Source: an uncultured Candidatus Binatia bacterium (GTDB lineage: Bacteria; Desulfobacterota; Binatia; Bin18). From it: a stretch of 64,000 nucleotides of DNA. The stretch is from the NCBI GenBank assembly GCA_965200965.1, contig OZ241744.1:2720001-2784000 (forward strand), in the 5' to 3' direction. Below are positions 55,640 to 64,000 of this stretch, piece by piece. Position 1 is the stretch's first letter. Each line of letters begins with the position of its first letter. Both the position numbers and the translations under genes were made by a program. Under the pieces are notes generated by a model that worked only from the letters and a program-made list of their open reading frames with translations, made no database searches and was not told the origin of the DNA.

Positions 55640-56215
55640 TTGCACAAGCCAGCTATTCAGTATCCGTGCCAGTGGCATTACAAAATCATCGGGGTCGACC
55701 GACAGCGCATCATGGACACCATCCCGACCCTTTTTGCGCAGCGTGACTATCGCTTGAGCGAGTCAAACCGCAGCAAAACCGGCAAATACACCTCGTTTCA
55801 TTTCTCACTCCACGTCCACAGCGAAGAGGAGCGCAATGTGATATGCACCGCCCTCAAGAGCATCCCGACGGTCAAAATCGTCTTCCAGGAAGGGTTCAGG
55901 GCGGTGCTATGCGCAGCGAACGAAGCGCCACGGTTTGCCGCTCGGGTCCGGCCGGCGGAAAATCCGGCCCGACCCGAAACCGCACCTCGTTCTTGCCGGC
56001 CACGACCCAATCAGGCTTCAGCCATAGCTCATACTCCCGCCAGCCCCGGTACAGCAACTGGCGGCCGACCACATGGCCGTTTATCAGGACGGTCAGCGGA
56101 TAACATGTTTCGGTCCGGGTATGGACAAAGGGGCGGGCGGCAAAGCGCAGCAGGTAGATGTCGGGCCGCGGCAGGGAGAACGTCAGCCCGGCCTCGCCCC
56201 GTTTCATCCAGATAA
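55640..56215 (+). CDS. DUF493/YbeD-family protein with apparent stop-loss extension
   Basis: I.YPC.W.YKIIG, S.TGKY.S, VKIVF; homology should end ~55885. Confidence 0.65.
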   Translation: MHKPAIQYPCQWHYKIIGVDRQRIMDTIPTLFAQRDYRLSESNRSKTGKYTSFHFSLHVHSEEERNVICTALKSIPTVKIVFQEGFRAVLCAANEAPRFAARVRPAENPARPETAPRSCRPRPNQASAIAHTPASPGTATGGRPHGRLSGRSADNMFRSGYGQRGGRQSAAGRCRAAAGRTSARPRPVSSR

Positions 56216-57017
56216 TCGGCCCGGCCGGCTCCCGGTCGCGTGCCCCCCAGGCACCGGCAAAGCTGAGGTGCTGGGTCGGTCTGCCAAAAGAGATGTGGAC
56301 CAGGGCGGCGTTCTCGACCGCCCGCGCCGAGGGCAGGGTCAGGCGGGTGTGGGGAAAGAGCAGGAAGGTCGAATAGCACACCAGCAGACCGAGACCCCAG
56401 ACCAGGCCGGACCGGGACACAGGCAGACGGGCCGGACGAGAGAGGCCGAAGCTGAGCCAGGCGGCACTCAGCAACACCGTACACGACACGTCGAGCAGCC
56501 AGTGATGGCCGAGGTAGACGCGCTGCCAGATGATCAGGGCCGACAGGGCGGCGCACAGCCCGGTGCCGCTGTGGCGCAGCCAGGCGTTCCAGCCGGAGCG
56601 CTGGCCGAGAAAAATGAATACGCCGCTGATCAACAGAGCGGTGCTGATATGGCCGCTGGGAAAGCTGTTACCGACCAGGCTCGGGGTCAGGACGCTGGGT
56701 CGGGCACGCTCCAGGCCGGTTTTAAGCAGCTCGCATAAAAACACGCCCCCGCCAGTCACCCACCCGGCCCGCCACGCCTCGGCCCACTGACGACGGACGG
56801 CCAAGGCCACAAGGGGCAGGCTGCCAAGGAGGAGAAGACCCACGAGCGGCGCTTGTTTGAGAAAGGTCGCCAGAGAATCGGCCCGGCACGAGCGCAGGGT
56901 CTGCACCCACCGGTAGGTCGCGGTATCCAGGCCGATCAGCCACGGCAGCCCCACGAGTTCGCACACGGCGAGCCCCAGGCAGATGAGCGAGAAGCGGGTC
57001 GCAGAGTGAGGTGTCAC
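55896..57017 (-). CDS. PAP2-family phosphatase with C-terminal beta domain
   Basis: K....R.RP, SFPSGH, RVYLG.HW..DV. Confidence 0.85.
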   Translation of the reverse strand: MTPHSATRFSLICLGLAVCELVGLPWLIGLDTATYRWVQTLRSCRADSLATFLKQAPLVGLLLLGSLPLVALAVRRQWAEAWRAGWVTGGGVFLCELLKTGLERARPSVLTPSLVGNSFPSGHISTALLISGVFIFLGQRSGWNAWLRHSGTGLCAALSALIIWQRVYLGHHWLLDVSCTVLLSAAWLSFGLSRPARLPVSRSGLVWGLGLLVCYSTFLLFPHTRLTLPSARAVENAALVHISFGRPTQHLSFAGAWGARDREPAGPIIWMKRGEAGLTFSLPRPDIYLLRFAARPFVHTRTETCYPLTVLINGHVVGRQLLYRGWREYELWLKPDWVVAGKNEVRFRVGPDFPPAGPERQTVALRSLRIAPP

Positions 57018-57337
57018 CGGTCCGAAAAAGAGATCGGTGATCCAGGGCCTCGGCCCGTGCCCATTCCAGAGTATGACGTGGCCATTGCTTTGAGGAAGGC
57101 GGTATCGCTGACCCCGGCCGTCTCGTGGCGCATCTGCTCCGGCACGGCGCGTTCTGCTTTGAGCAGGAGGAGTGCTTCAAGTTGAGACATCATCACCGAC
57201 AGCTTTCTTACCACCACCGCCCGGCCCAAAGCAAGCTGCGGCGGGCTTGTGCCGGGTGCGCTCAGGTCAAGCAGGACAACCGCTGGCTGGCGTGCTAGTA
57301 TACCAGGCAGCGGTTTTTGGAAGGAGGGAAGTCTCTG

Positions 57338-58939
57338 ATGGGAGTTTCTGCCGCGGCCAGGCCCGCGCACCCGAAGACCAGGGCTGATACGCTGACCGTC
57401 ATCGTCTGGGCGCTGTTTCTCGGGGTCCTTTTCCTCTATGCGGTTGATAGCTTTGTGAAGACGCCCAACCGAGATTCGGGCGCTTTCCTGTACGTTGCCA
57501 AGGGCATACTGGAAGGGGAGACGCCGTATATCGACCGGTGGAGTCACAAGGGTCCGCTGCTCTACCTCATAAACGCTGCCGGGTTGCTTCTCTCCGAGGT
57601 GTGGGGGATCTGGCTGGTCCAACTCGGATTTCTGGTCGGGACCTGCCTGGCTGCCGGCAAACTGCTCAGAGCCTCATTCGGGACGCTTGCCACGCTCTTC
57701 TCGCTCACGATTCTGCTGGTCTATTTCGTCAAGTTTATACAGGGGGGCAACCTGACTGAACAGTACGCACTGGTGTTTCAGTTCCTGGCCTTGGGGCTGT
57801 TCGTCCGGGTGGAACAGCACGGCGAGCACTCGTCCTCCGCCTGGGTTCTGCTGACGCTGGGCGCACTCGGCGGCTTGGCGTTTCTGCTCCGTCCCAACCT
57901 GATAGGGATATGGGTCGGGATGGGCCTGTATTGGCTGGTGGAGAGGGACGACACGCTGCGCAAATGCGGCTGGGCCGCGGCTGGCGGGGGGGGGGTGCTG
58001 GCGGTTTTCGTTGCCTGGTTCGTGCTCGCCGGCGGGCTGTACGCCTTCTGGGATGCGGTTATCGTGTACAATGTGTACCATAGCGACGCTCCGCTTGGGA
58101 TCAAATACCGTGCTGCTCTCAAGACGCTTGAGCAGTTCTCTCCGTTGACATGGGTTGTGCTGCTCAGCTGGTCAATTGGCCTGTGGCAGATGGTGTCGGG
58201 GGAGTCGGTGAGCCGCGGCTTCGGGCCTCTTGGACGGCTGGCCGTTGTTCTGCTGCCGCTTGAGATCGTGTTCGCCAACCTGTCGGGTCGTTCCTCCTTG
58301 CGGTACGACCTCGCCTTGCTGCCAGTGGTCTGTCTGCTCTCGGCGCGTGCGGTCAGCCTGCTCCTTGACGAGCTCGGGGCACGGCTGCCCTGGATTCCGG
58401 TTGCGCTGTGTGTTGTCACGGGGGTCATATATGCGTCCGACAGGGGAGGAGATCTGATCCCTGACGATGTGGGGAAATATGGAAATTTGCGGGAATACAT
58501 AGAGCGCGAGACCCCTGTGATCCAGTATATCAGGGAACATACAACGGCGGGGGATACCATCCTGGTCTGGGGTGCGCGAGGCTGGTACTATGTCGGCTCC
58601 GGCCGGGATGCGCCCACGCGGTTCTTCTTCGGCTACCCGCTCGTTATGCAGGGCTACGCCAGCCCGGAACTGATCGCCGAGTTTACCGCCGATGTGATCG
58701 CGTCTCCTCCCGTGCTGATCGTTGAGACGCATAATGGTCGCCTGCCTCCCTTGCGCCTGACAGACGCGGAACGCAGGCAGTGGCGGCCACGGCATCCGCG
58801 CTACACCTACTATGCCCCCGATCAATTCCGGCCTTTCTTCGAGTTCGTGGAGGCCAGGTATATGCCGCCAAAGACGATGGGGAAATACGATATCTACCAC
58901 CTGCGTGGCCCCGCCTTGGATCGCGAGGAAGAGCGCTGA
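57338..58939 (+). CDS. GT-C fold (ArnT/PMT-like) membrane glycosyltransferase
   Basis: RDSG.F.Y....IL.G..PY.D.W.HKGP motif; many TMs. Confidence 0.7.
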   Translation: MGVSAAARPAHPKTRADTLTVIVWALFLGVLFLYAVDSFVKTPNRDSGAFLYVAKGILEGETPYIDRWSHKGPLLYLINAAGLLLSEVWGIWLVQLGFLVGTCLAAGKLLRASFGTLATLFSLTILLVYFVKFIQGGNLTEQYALVFQFLALGLFVRVEQHGEHSSSAWVLLTLGALGGLAFLLRPNLIGIWVGMGLYWLVERDDTLRKCGWAAAGGGGVLAVFVAWFVLAGGLYAFWDAVIVYNVYHSDAPLGIKYRAALKTLEQFSPLTWVVLLSWSIGLWQMVSGESVSRGFGPLGRLAVVLLPLEIVFANLSGRSSLRYDLALLPVVCLLSARAVSLLLDELGARLPWIPVALCVVTGVIYASDRGGDLIPDDVGKYGNLREYIERETPVIQYIREHTTAGDTILVWGARGWYYVGSGRDAPTRFFFGYPLVMQGYASPELIAEFTADVIASPPVLIVETHNGRLPPLRLTDAERRQWRPRHPRYTYYAPDQFRPFFEFVEARYMPPKTMGKYDIYHLRGPALDREEER

Positions 58940-58972
58940 CTCGCCTGTGAAGCCTGGCCCGGCCCGTGCGGC

Positions 58973-60310
58973 TCAGCCTGGCCGCGGCCCGAGCAGGGCG
59001 ATTTTGATATCCATGACATTGGTCCCGGTCGGGCCGGGCTGGAACAGGTCGCCGAGCGCGGCAAAGAACGGATAGGTGTCGTTGTTGTGCAGGGCCGCGG
59101 CGGGATCAAGTCCCTTGGCGTGCGCCCGGCTGACGCTCTCCCCATCAACATAGGCACCCGCGGCGTCGGTCGGGCCGTCTCTGCCGTCCGTTCCGGCACT
59201 GAGGAGCGTCCAGCCCGCTTCGCCCTGGAGTTGCCCGGCAACGACGAGGGCAAACTCCTGATTGCGCCCGCCCCGGCCCGTGCCGGTCAACCGGACGGTG
59301 GTTTCTCCGCCGGCCAGCAGACACACGGGGCTTTGGTCTTGTGCCAGCTGTGCCCGGACCTGCCGGGCAAAAGCGCCGGCCGCCCGGGTGGTATCGCCAG
59401 CCAGGGGTTCGGGCAGAAGGTGTGCGCGAAACCCCCGCTGCCGGGCGGCTGAGGCTGCCGCTTCAAGTGCCAGCCGGTTGGAGCCGAGCAGATAATTGTG
59501 GACCCGGGCAAAAATCGGGTCGTGCGGTTTGGGCGTCTCTTCCACGCCCCCCCGCATCCCGGCAGACAGATGCCGCTTGACCGCTGCCGGGCTGGTCGCC
59601 AACAGCTCATAGCGTTCCAGGATGCGCCACGCCGCGCCGAAGGTTGTGGGGTCGGCAACGGTCGGCCCTGAGCCGATTGTACTCAGGTCATCGCCAATCA
59701 CATCCGACAGAATAAAACTGAGCACCGTCGCCGGAGCCGCCCGGCGGGCCAACTGCCCGCCTTTGATCTGGGACAGGTGTTTGCGGACCGTGTTGATCTC
59801 CTGAATGTCTGCCCCACAGGCCAGGAGCAGGCGGTTCATCGTCAGCTTGTCTTTGAGCGACACACCCGGAACCGGCTTGGCGAGCAGACTCGAGGCTCCG
59901 CCGGTGAGGCAAACACAGATCAGCTCGGACGGGCCGCGCTCGGCCAGGAGGGCCGTCAGGTAGTGTCCACCGCGCAGACTGCCCGGGCCCGGCAGGGGAT
60001 GCTCTGCGGCGATAAGGCGCACGCGGTCAAGACTGAGAACGGCGTTCTGAGGCACCACGACGCCGCCGCCAATCAGGTGTTCGCCGAGCAGCGGGAGGAG
60101 GGCCTCGACCATGCGACCGGCACCTTTGCCCGCGCCAATGACAAGGGCGTTGTGGTCAAGGGGGAAGCGAGCCGTATCGGCCCCGACCCGGATGCTGAGT
60201 TGGCCCGGCTGCCTGCTGAGCGTCCGGTGAATAAGCCGGGCCGGATCAACGGCCGCGACCGCGGCAGCAAAAAGGGCATCCAGCGAGGCCCGCGTGAGGG
60301 AGGGGGACAT
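58973..60310 (-). CDS. Glycerate 2-kinase (MOFRL family)
   Basis: GAGK, HP.P, GGASSL, VRKHLS.IKGG, SDVIGD, GGRNQE, TDG.DG, TGTNVMD. Confidence 0.92.
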   Translation of the reverse strand: MSPSLTRASLDALFAAAVAAVDPARLIHRTLSRQPGQLSIRVGADTARFPLDHNALVIGAGKGAGRMVEALLPLLGEHLIGGGVVVPQNAVLSLDRVRLIAAEHPLPGPGSLRGGHYLTALLAERGPSELICVCLTGGASSLLAKPVPGVSLKDKLTMNRLLLACGADIQEINTVRKHLSQIKGGQLARRAAPATVLSFILSDVIGDDLSTIGSGPTVADPTTFGAAWRILERYELLATSPAAVKRHLSAGMRGGVEETPKPHDPIFARVHNYLLGSNRLALEAAASAARQRGFRAHLLPEPLAGDTTRAAGAFARQVRAQLAQDQSPVCLLAGGETTVRLTGTGRGGRNQEFALVVAGQLQGEAGWTLLSAGTDGRDGPTDAAGAYVDGESVSRAHAKGLDPAAALHNNDTYPFFAALGDLFQPGPTGTNVMDIKIALLGPRPG

Positions 60311-60345
60311 CAGGGGGAGGGGGAGAGGAGGAGGGGAAGATGCGC

Positions 60346-60771
60346 TCAGGTGCCGTCGTCGTCAAGATCGACCATTGAGCCACGTCGGCGGAGACGGTCG
60401 TCAGTGCTGCGGCGGTGCAGTCTGGCTTCTTTTTCGCGGTCGCTCTGGCAGGACACACACAGCCGGGTAAACGGCAGGGCTTTGAGCCGCTCGGGCGCGA
60501 TCTCTTCTTCGCACATGTCGCAGAGGCCGTAGTCACCGGATGCGAGGCGTTCAAGGGCGTCTTCAATTGCCTGGAGTTTCTCCCGGTCGCGATCGCTCAG
60601 GATCAGATGAATTTCCCGCTCGCGTTCTTCGCTGGCCAAGTCGTAGGTATCCATGCCTTCTTCGATTGTGCCTTCTTTGCCGACCCGAAACTCTTCGTCC
60701 AACTGCTCCAGGATGTGCTGTTTCTGGGCAGTCAGGGTGGTGTGCATTTTTTTCAGAAACGTTTTCCGCAT
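60346..60771 (-). CDS. DksA/TraR C4 zinc-finger protein
   Basis: D..D.A acidic tip; YG.CxxC...RL.A.P...LCxxC. Confidence 0.9.
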   Translation of the reverse strand: MRKTFLKKMHTTLTAQKQHILEQLDEEFRVGKEGTIEEGMDTYDLASEEREREIHLILSDRDREKLQAIEDALERLASGDYGLCDMCEEEIAPERLKALPFTRLCVSCQSDREKEARLHRRSTDDRLRRRGSMVDLDDDGT

Positions 60772-60882
60772 GTGACGTGCCCTCTACGCTGCGGTCTCTC
60801 AAGGCGAACCTGGTAAAGAACGCGGTCAGGCAAGGTGAACGATGCTATCGTCTTGATGAGGTAGTCATCATTGTTCACCGTG

Positions 60883-61291
60883 TCAACAGGTGGCCGGGCT
60901 GGCGAGCGGTCCAGGCAGGCGGCTGACATGCAGATCGTAGTCGGCGGTACCGACGATACGCACCGGCCCAATCTCGCCGCTGGCCGCCTGGGTCTCTTGG
61001 GGGAAGCAGGCCACCCCGTCAATATCGGGTGCCTGGCCGCGTGTGCGGCCCCACACCCTCCCCCGGTCGTCGGTGCCACACATCTCCAGCGGGCGTCAAT
61101 CCCGTCCCCGCTTTTTTCGCGGCGCATTGCCCGCAGCATCCGGTCGCTGACAGGTGTTGACCATCAGGATGCCGGTCGGTCCGGGTCAAGGCTCACGGTG
61201 TAGTCGGCCTGGGCCAGCAGGCCGACTACAACTCTCCATCAGCCAGGTTTTTGGGGCAGCCCAGGTTGACCATGTAGATGGTGGTGTCCAT
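60883..61291 (-). pseudogene. rimO: rimO relic with frameshifts and two large internal deletions
   Basis: NLGCPKNLAD, ILMVNTC, SDRMLRAMRR, then TRAM-like GRTRGQAPDIDG...VRI....YDL. Confidence 0.8.
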
Positions 61292-61297
61292 ACCGCT

Positions 61298-62197
61298 TTA
61301 CTCGTCTTCGTCCTTGTTCTCTTTGCGCTGTTGCAGGAAGCGTTGGAGCGCGTCTTCTATGTCATGGCCGTTGGCGTGGCCGTTGCCATTGCCTTTGGGC
61401 GCGGTAGTGAGTTCGACCCCTTCCTCCTGGTCACGTTCTTCGAGTTGCTTGACATAGGCGGCCATATTGGGATTCTCGGCCACGGCTTGGGCAACCTTGG
61501 CCTCAAAATCAAACGCCTGGGTGCTCAGCTCGGCGGTCTCGATACTGAACTGGAGGAAAGACTCGAGCCGTTCGACCAGGGCCAGGGCGGCCTTGGGGTT
61601 GGGTGCGGCCGAGATATAATGGGGAACATTGGCCCAAAAGCTGGCCGAGGTGACGCCGGCCTGACGACAGGTGTCGTTAAACACGCCGACAATGCCGGTC
61701 GGGCCTTCGTAGCGGGACGGCGTGACCTGAATCTGGCTGGCCAGGGTCGGATCGCTCGAGAAGCCCACTACCCGGACCGGGCGCGAATAGGCCACATCGG
61801 CCAGCAGCGCGCCAAGGGTGATGACCAGATTCACCCCGCACTGTTTGGCCAAGTCGAGGATCACGGCCGAATAGGTCTTCCACTTCAGCTGCGGCTCAAT
61901 CCCGACCCCCAGCACCAGGTTGCGCCGCAGGGCGGGGATGGTGGAGTAAAAAAAGTCGTTGGCCGGCCACTTGATCTCCCGGGATACGCCTTGTCTGAGA
62001 CGCACCTGGGGGCGGGTTTCGGAAAAATCATAGAACTCCTCGGGGTCAATCCCGGCAAACTTGCGGGCGTGCAGCCCTTTGACCAGGAACTCGGCGGCGT
62101 GGGTGGCCGCATTCCCGGCGTCGTTCCAGCCGGCAAAGGCAATGATCAGGACCGGGTCGCTGAGTGTGGGGAGTTCGTGTATCTGTAATGCGCTCAT
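61298..62197 (-). CDS. PAC2 (proteasome assembly chaperone) family protein
   Basis: F.GWNDAG.AA, FYDF...RP, EP...W, WA.VPHY...PNPKA. Confidence 0.85.
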   Translation of the reverse strand: MSALQIHELPTLSDPVLIIAFAGWNDAGNAATHAAEFLVKGLHARKFAGIDPEEFYDFSETRPQVRLRQGVSREIKWPANDFFYSTIPALRRNLVLGVGIEPQLKWKTYSAVILDLAKQCGVNLVITLGALLADVAYSRPVRVVGFSSDPTLASQIQVTPSRYEGPTGIVGVFNDTCRQAGVTSASFWANVPHYISAAPNPKAALALVERLESFLQFSIETAELSTQAFDFEAKVAQAVAENPNMAAYVKQLEERDQEEGVELTTAPKGNGNGHANGHDIEDALQRFLQQRKENKDEDE

Positions 62198-62301
62198 CAC
62201 CTTCCCCCTCTTTCGGAGCTGCGAGAAGGGAGCTCGTCTTGCCTTCCTCTCGACCGGATAAGACGATTCCCCTTTCAAGACTGGTCAAGCGTCGCAGGAG
62301 T

Positions 62302-62691
62302 CTACCTGCTTCCCGGACTGTTGCCAAGGGATTCGAGCCAGGGCCGGTTGTCTTTGGAAAAATATCCCCCCAGCACAAGCAGCACGAGGACGACAAGCCC
62401 AACGACGATTGGGCGCACAAACGGCCGAGACGCTTGCCTCGGCACGCCTTCCACGGTCGTTGTTTTTGGGATATCAGCCAGGGAGCGGGCTACGGTTTCG
62501 GCCGGGTCCAGGTCAGGAAGCCTTGCGTAGGCACGCAGGAAGGGGACCAGATACAGGCTATCGGCTGGCAGGCGCGGATCGCCCTGCCCCTCTGACAGGT
62601 CTGGGATATGCGTCTGCCGGCACACCTCTTGGGGCGACAGCCCCCGCTCTTCTCGTTTTTGCCTGAGTTGTGTGGCGAGTTCTCCGGCCAT
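62302..62691 (-). CDS. RodZ-like HTH membrane protein, short/degenerate
   Basis: LRQKREERGLS, FLRAYA, single C-terminal TM. Confidence 0.6.
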   Translation of the reverse strand: MAGELATQLRQKREERGLSPQEVCRQTHIPDLSEGQGDPRLPADSLYLVPFLRAYARLPDLDPAETVARSLADIPKTTTVEGVPRQASRPFVRPIVVGLVVLVLLVLGGYFSKDNRPWLESLGNSPGSR

Positions 62692-62748
62692 ATCGCGTGC
62701 TTTCTGCCCGGTTCAGGCGTGGCAAAGGGAAGCGTGAGTTCGCAAAGG

Positions 62749-63847
62749 TCAGGATGTGTGACGGTGGAGGAGATGGGCCTCAATGAAAGGGTCGATATCG
62801 CCGTCGAGCACCGCGTCTGTATTGCCGACCTCAACCCCGGTCCGGTGATCTTTCACCATCCGGTAGGGATGCAGGACATAGGAGCGAATCTGGCTGCCCC
62901 AGGCAATATCCTTTTTGCTCTTTTCCAGGTCCTCCATCCGCTCTTTGTGTTTCTCCAGTTCATGCTCATACAGGCGGGCGCGCAAAATTTTCAGCGCCAT
63001 TGTCCGGTTGCGATGTTGGGAGCGCTCATTTTGGCAGGTGACGACAATGCCGCTCGGCAGGTGGGTCAGGCGGACGGCTGAGTCGGTCTTATTGACATGC
63101 TGGCCACCGGCTCCGCTGGCCCGGTAGGTGTCTACGCGAAGATCCTCGGGGCGCAGATCAATCTCAACGCTGTCGTCAATCTCTGGATAGACGAACAGCG
63201 AGGCAAAAGACGTATGGCGCCGGGCATTGCCGTCAAAGGGAGAAATGCGGACGAGGCGGTGAATCCCCGCTTCGGTGCGCAGATAGCCATACGCATACGC
63301 GCCCTCTACGGTGAAGGTGGCGTTCTTCAGCCCACCTCCTTCTGCCGGCAGGTACTCAACAAGGTCGGTAGTAAAGCCGCGCCGCTCTGCCCAGCGCAGG
63401 TAGAGGCGGAGCAACATATCGGCCCAGTCCTGGGCTTCGAGTCCTCCGGCACCGGGATGCAGACTTACGATGGCATTGTGGCTGTCGTGCTCACCGCTGA
63501 GGAGGTGGCGCATTTCGGCCGTGCTGACGGCCTGCTCAAGCTCGGCCAGCGCGCGTTCGACCTCACTGGCCGCCTCGGCGTCGCCCGCCTCGGCCATGTC
63601 AAAGAAGACCACGGCATCGGCGAGGGCCTGCTGGTGCTTTTTCCAGGCGTCAACCGTCTCACGCAGCGCGGCGCGTTCTTTGAGGACGGCCTGGGCTCTG
63701 TCTTGATCGTGCCAGAAGTCATTGGCGGCGGTGAGTTCTTCGAGCCTGGCGGCGCGGGCCTCTTTGACGGCAATGTCAAAGATGCCTCCCGAGTTTGTCC
63801 ACCTGGGTCTGGAGTGCAGTCAGTTTTTCCTTGAGCTCGGCCAGCAT
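62749..63847 (-). CDS. prfB: Peptide chain release factor 2 with programmed +1 frameshift
   Basis: SPF and GGQ motifs; MLAELKEK...GRHL then GGGAGG-cat-CTT TGA C slip site (63775-63781). Confidence 0.95.
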
Positions 63848-64000
63848 ACGCCTCCCTGTGACAGAGAGGAATCGGCTTGTCTTCCTCTCTGGTGACGATG
63901 GTAGTACACACCCCCCAGCATACCCAGACAGCCGAGGGAACACAAGTGGGCAAATACATCCCCGTATCGGGTATAAAAGCTGCGCACCCGGGGCCAGGTG
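63820..64000 (-). CDS. lnt: Apolipoprotein N-acyltransferase, C-terminal end (partial)
   Basis: SFYTRYGDVFA followed by a TM segment; lnt-prfB synteny. Confidence 0.65.
   Translation of the reverse strand, partial: TWPRVRSFYTRYGDVFAHLCSLGCLGMLGGVYYHRHQRGRQADSSLSQGGVCWPSSRKN

Noticed and set aside
57014-57300. Possible small minus-strand ORF upstream of the PAP2 gene
   Set aside because: No recognisable motif or RBS; cannot be supported
63775-63790. In-frame stop in prfB
   Set aside because: Canonical autoregulatory CTT-TGA-C +1 frameshift; neither novel nor a pseudogene
1-64000. tRNA, rRNA or intact transposase/integrase
   Set aside because: None recognised by eye; a covariance-model scan would be needed to exclude small RNAs

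Overview
GC-rich bacterial chromosomal window. The lnt-prfB synteny, DUF1329 and PAC2 genes suggest a deltaproteobacterial/Binatia-like lineage, possibly host-associated (inference only). Contents in order: a partial N4/N6 DNA methyltransferase; two alpha/beta hydrolases; a PspA/K+-channel/DUF4178 + lipoprotein/DUF350/SpeE/SpeD envelope-polyamine module, split into convergent halves around a decayed ~2.7 kb island; etfAB-IclR; formyl and biotin-carboxylase genes; GGT; a two-gene toxin-like/IrrE-like module; a ~20 kb Tad (Flp) pilus locus (26961-46909); TetR; clpP; an ECF-sigma/alkylation-repair operon; and housekeeping genes (DksA-like, rimO relic, PAC2, prfB with its programmed frameshift). 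The most unusual feature lies inside the Tad operon: a head-to-tail array of 8 near-identical small genes (33015-36153). Each encodes a constant N-terminal TM region plus a His/Met-rich coiled coil assembled from 11-aa and 7-aa modules in varying order. Two further homologues (39586-40676) sit upstream of the flp pilin as TAG-bounded cassettes. The same operon carries a frameshifted secretin with a C10 tract, and a di-heme cytochrome c peroxidase-like gene paired with a DAHL-type kinase that lacks an obvious phospho-His. Several pseudogenes and catalytic-site substitutions suggest ongoing genome erosion. All family assignments come from motif recognition by eye; no searches were run.
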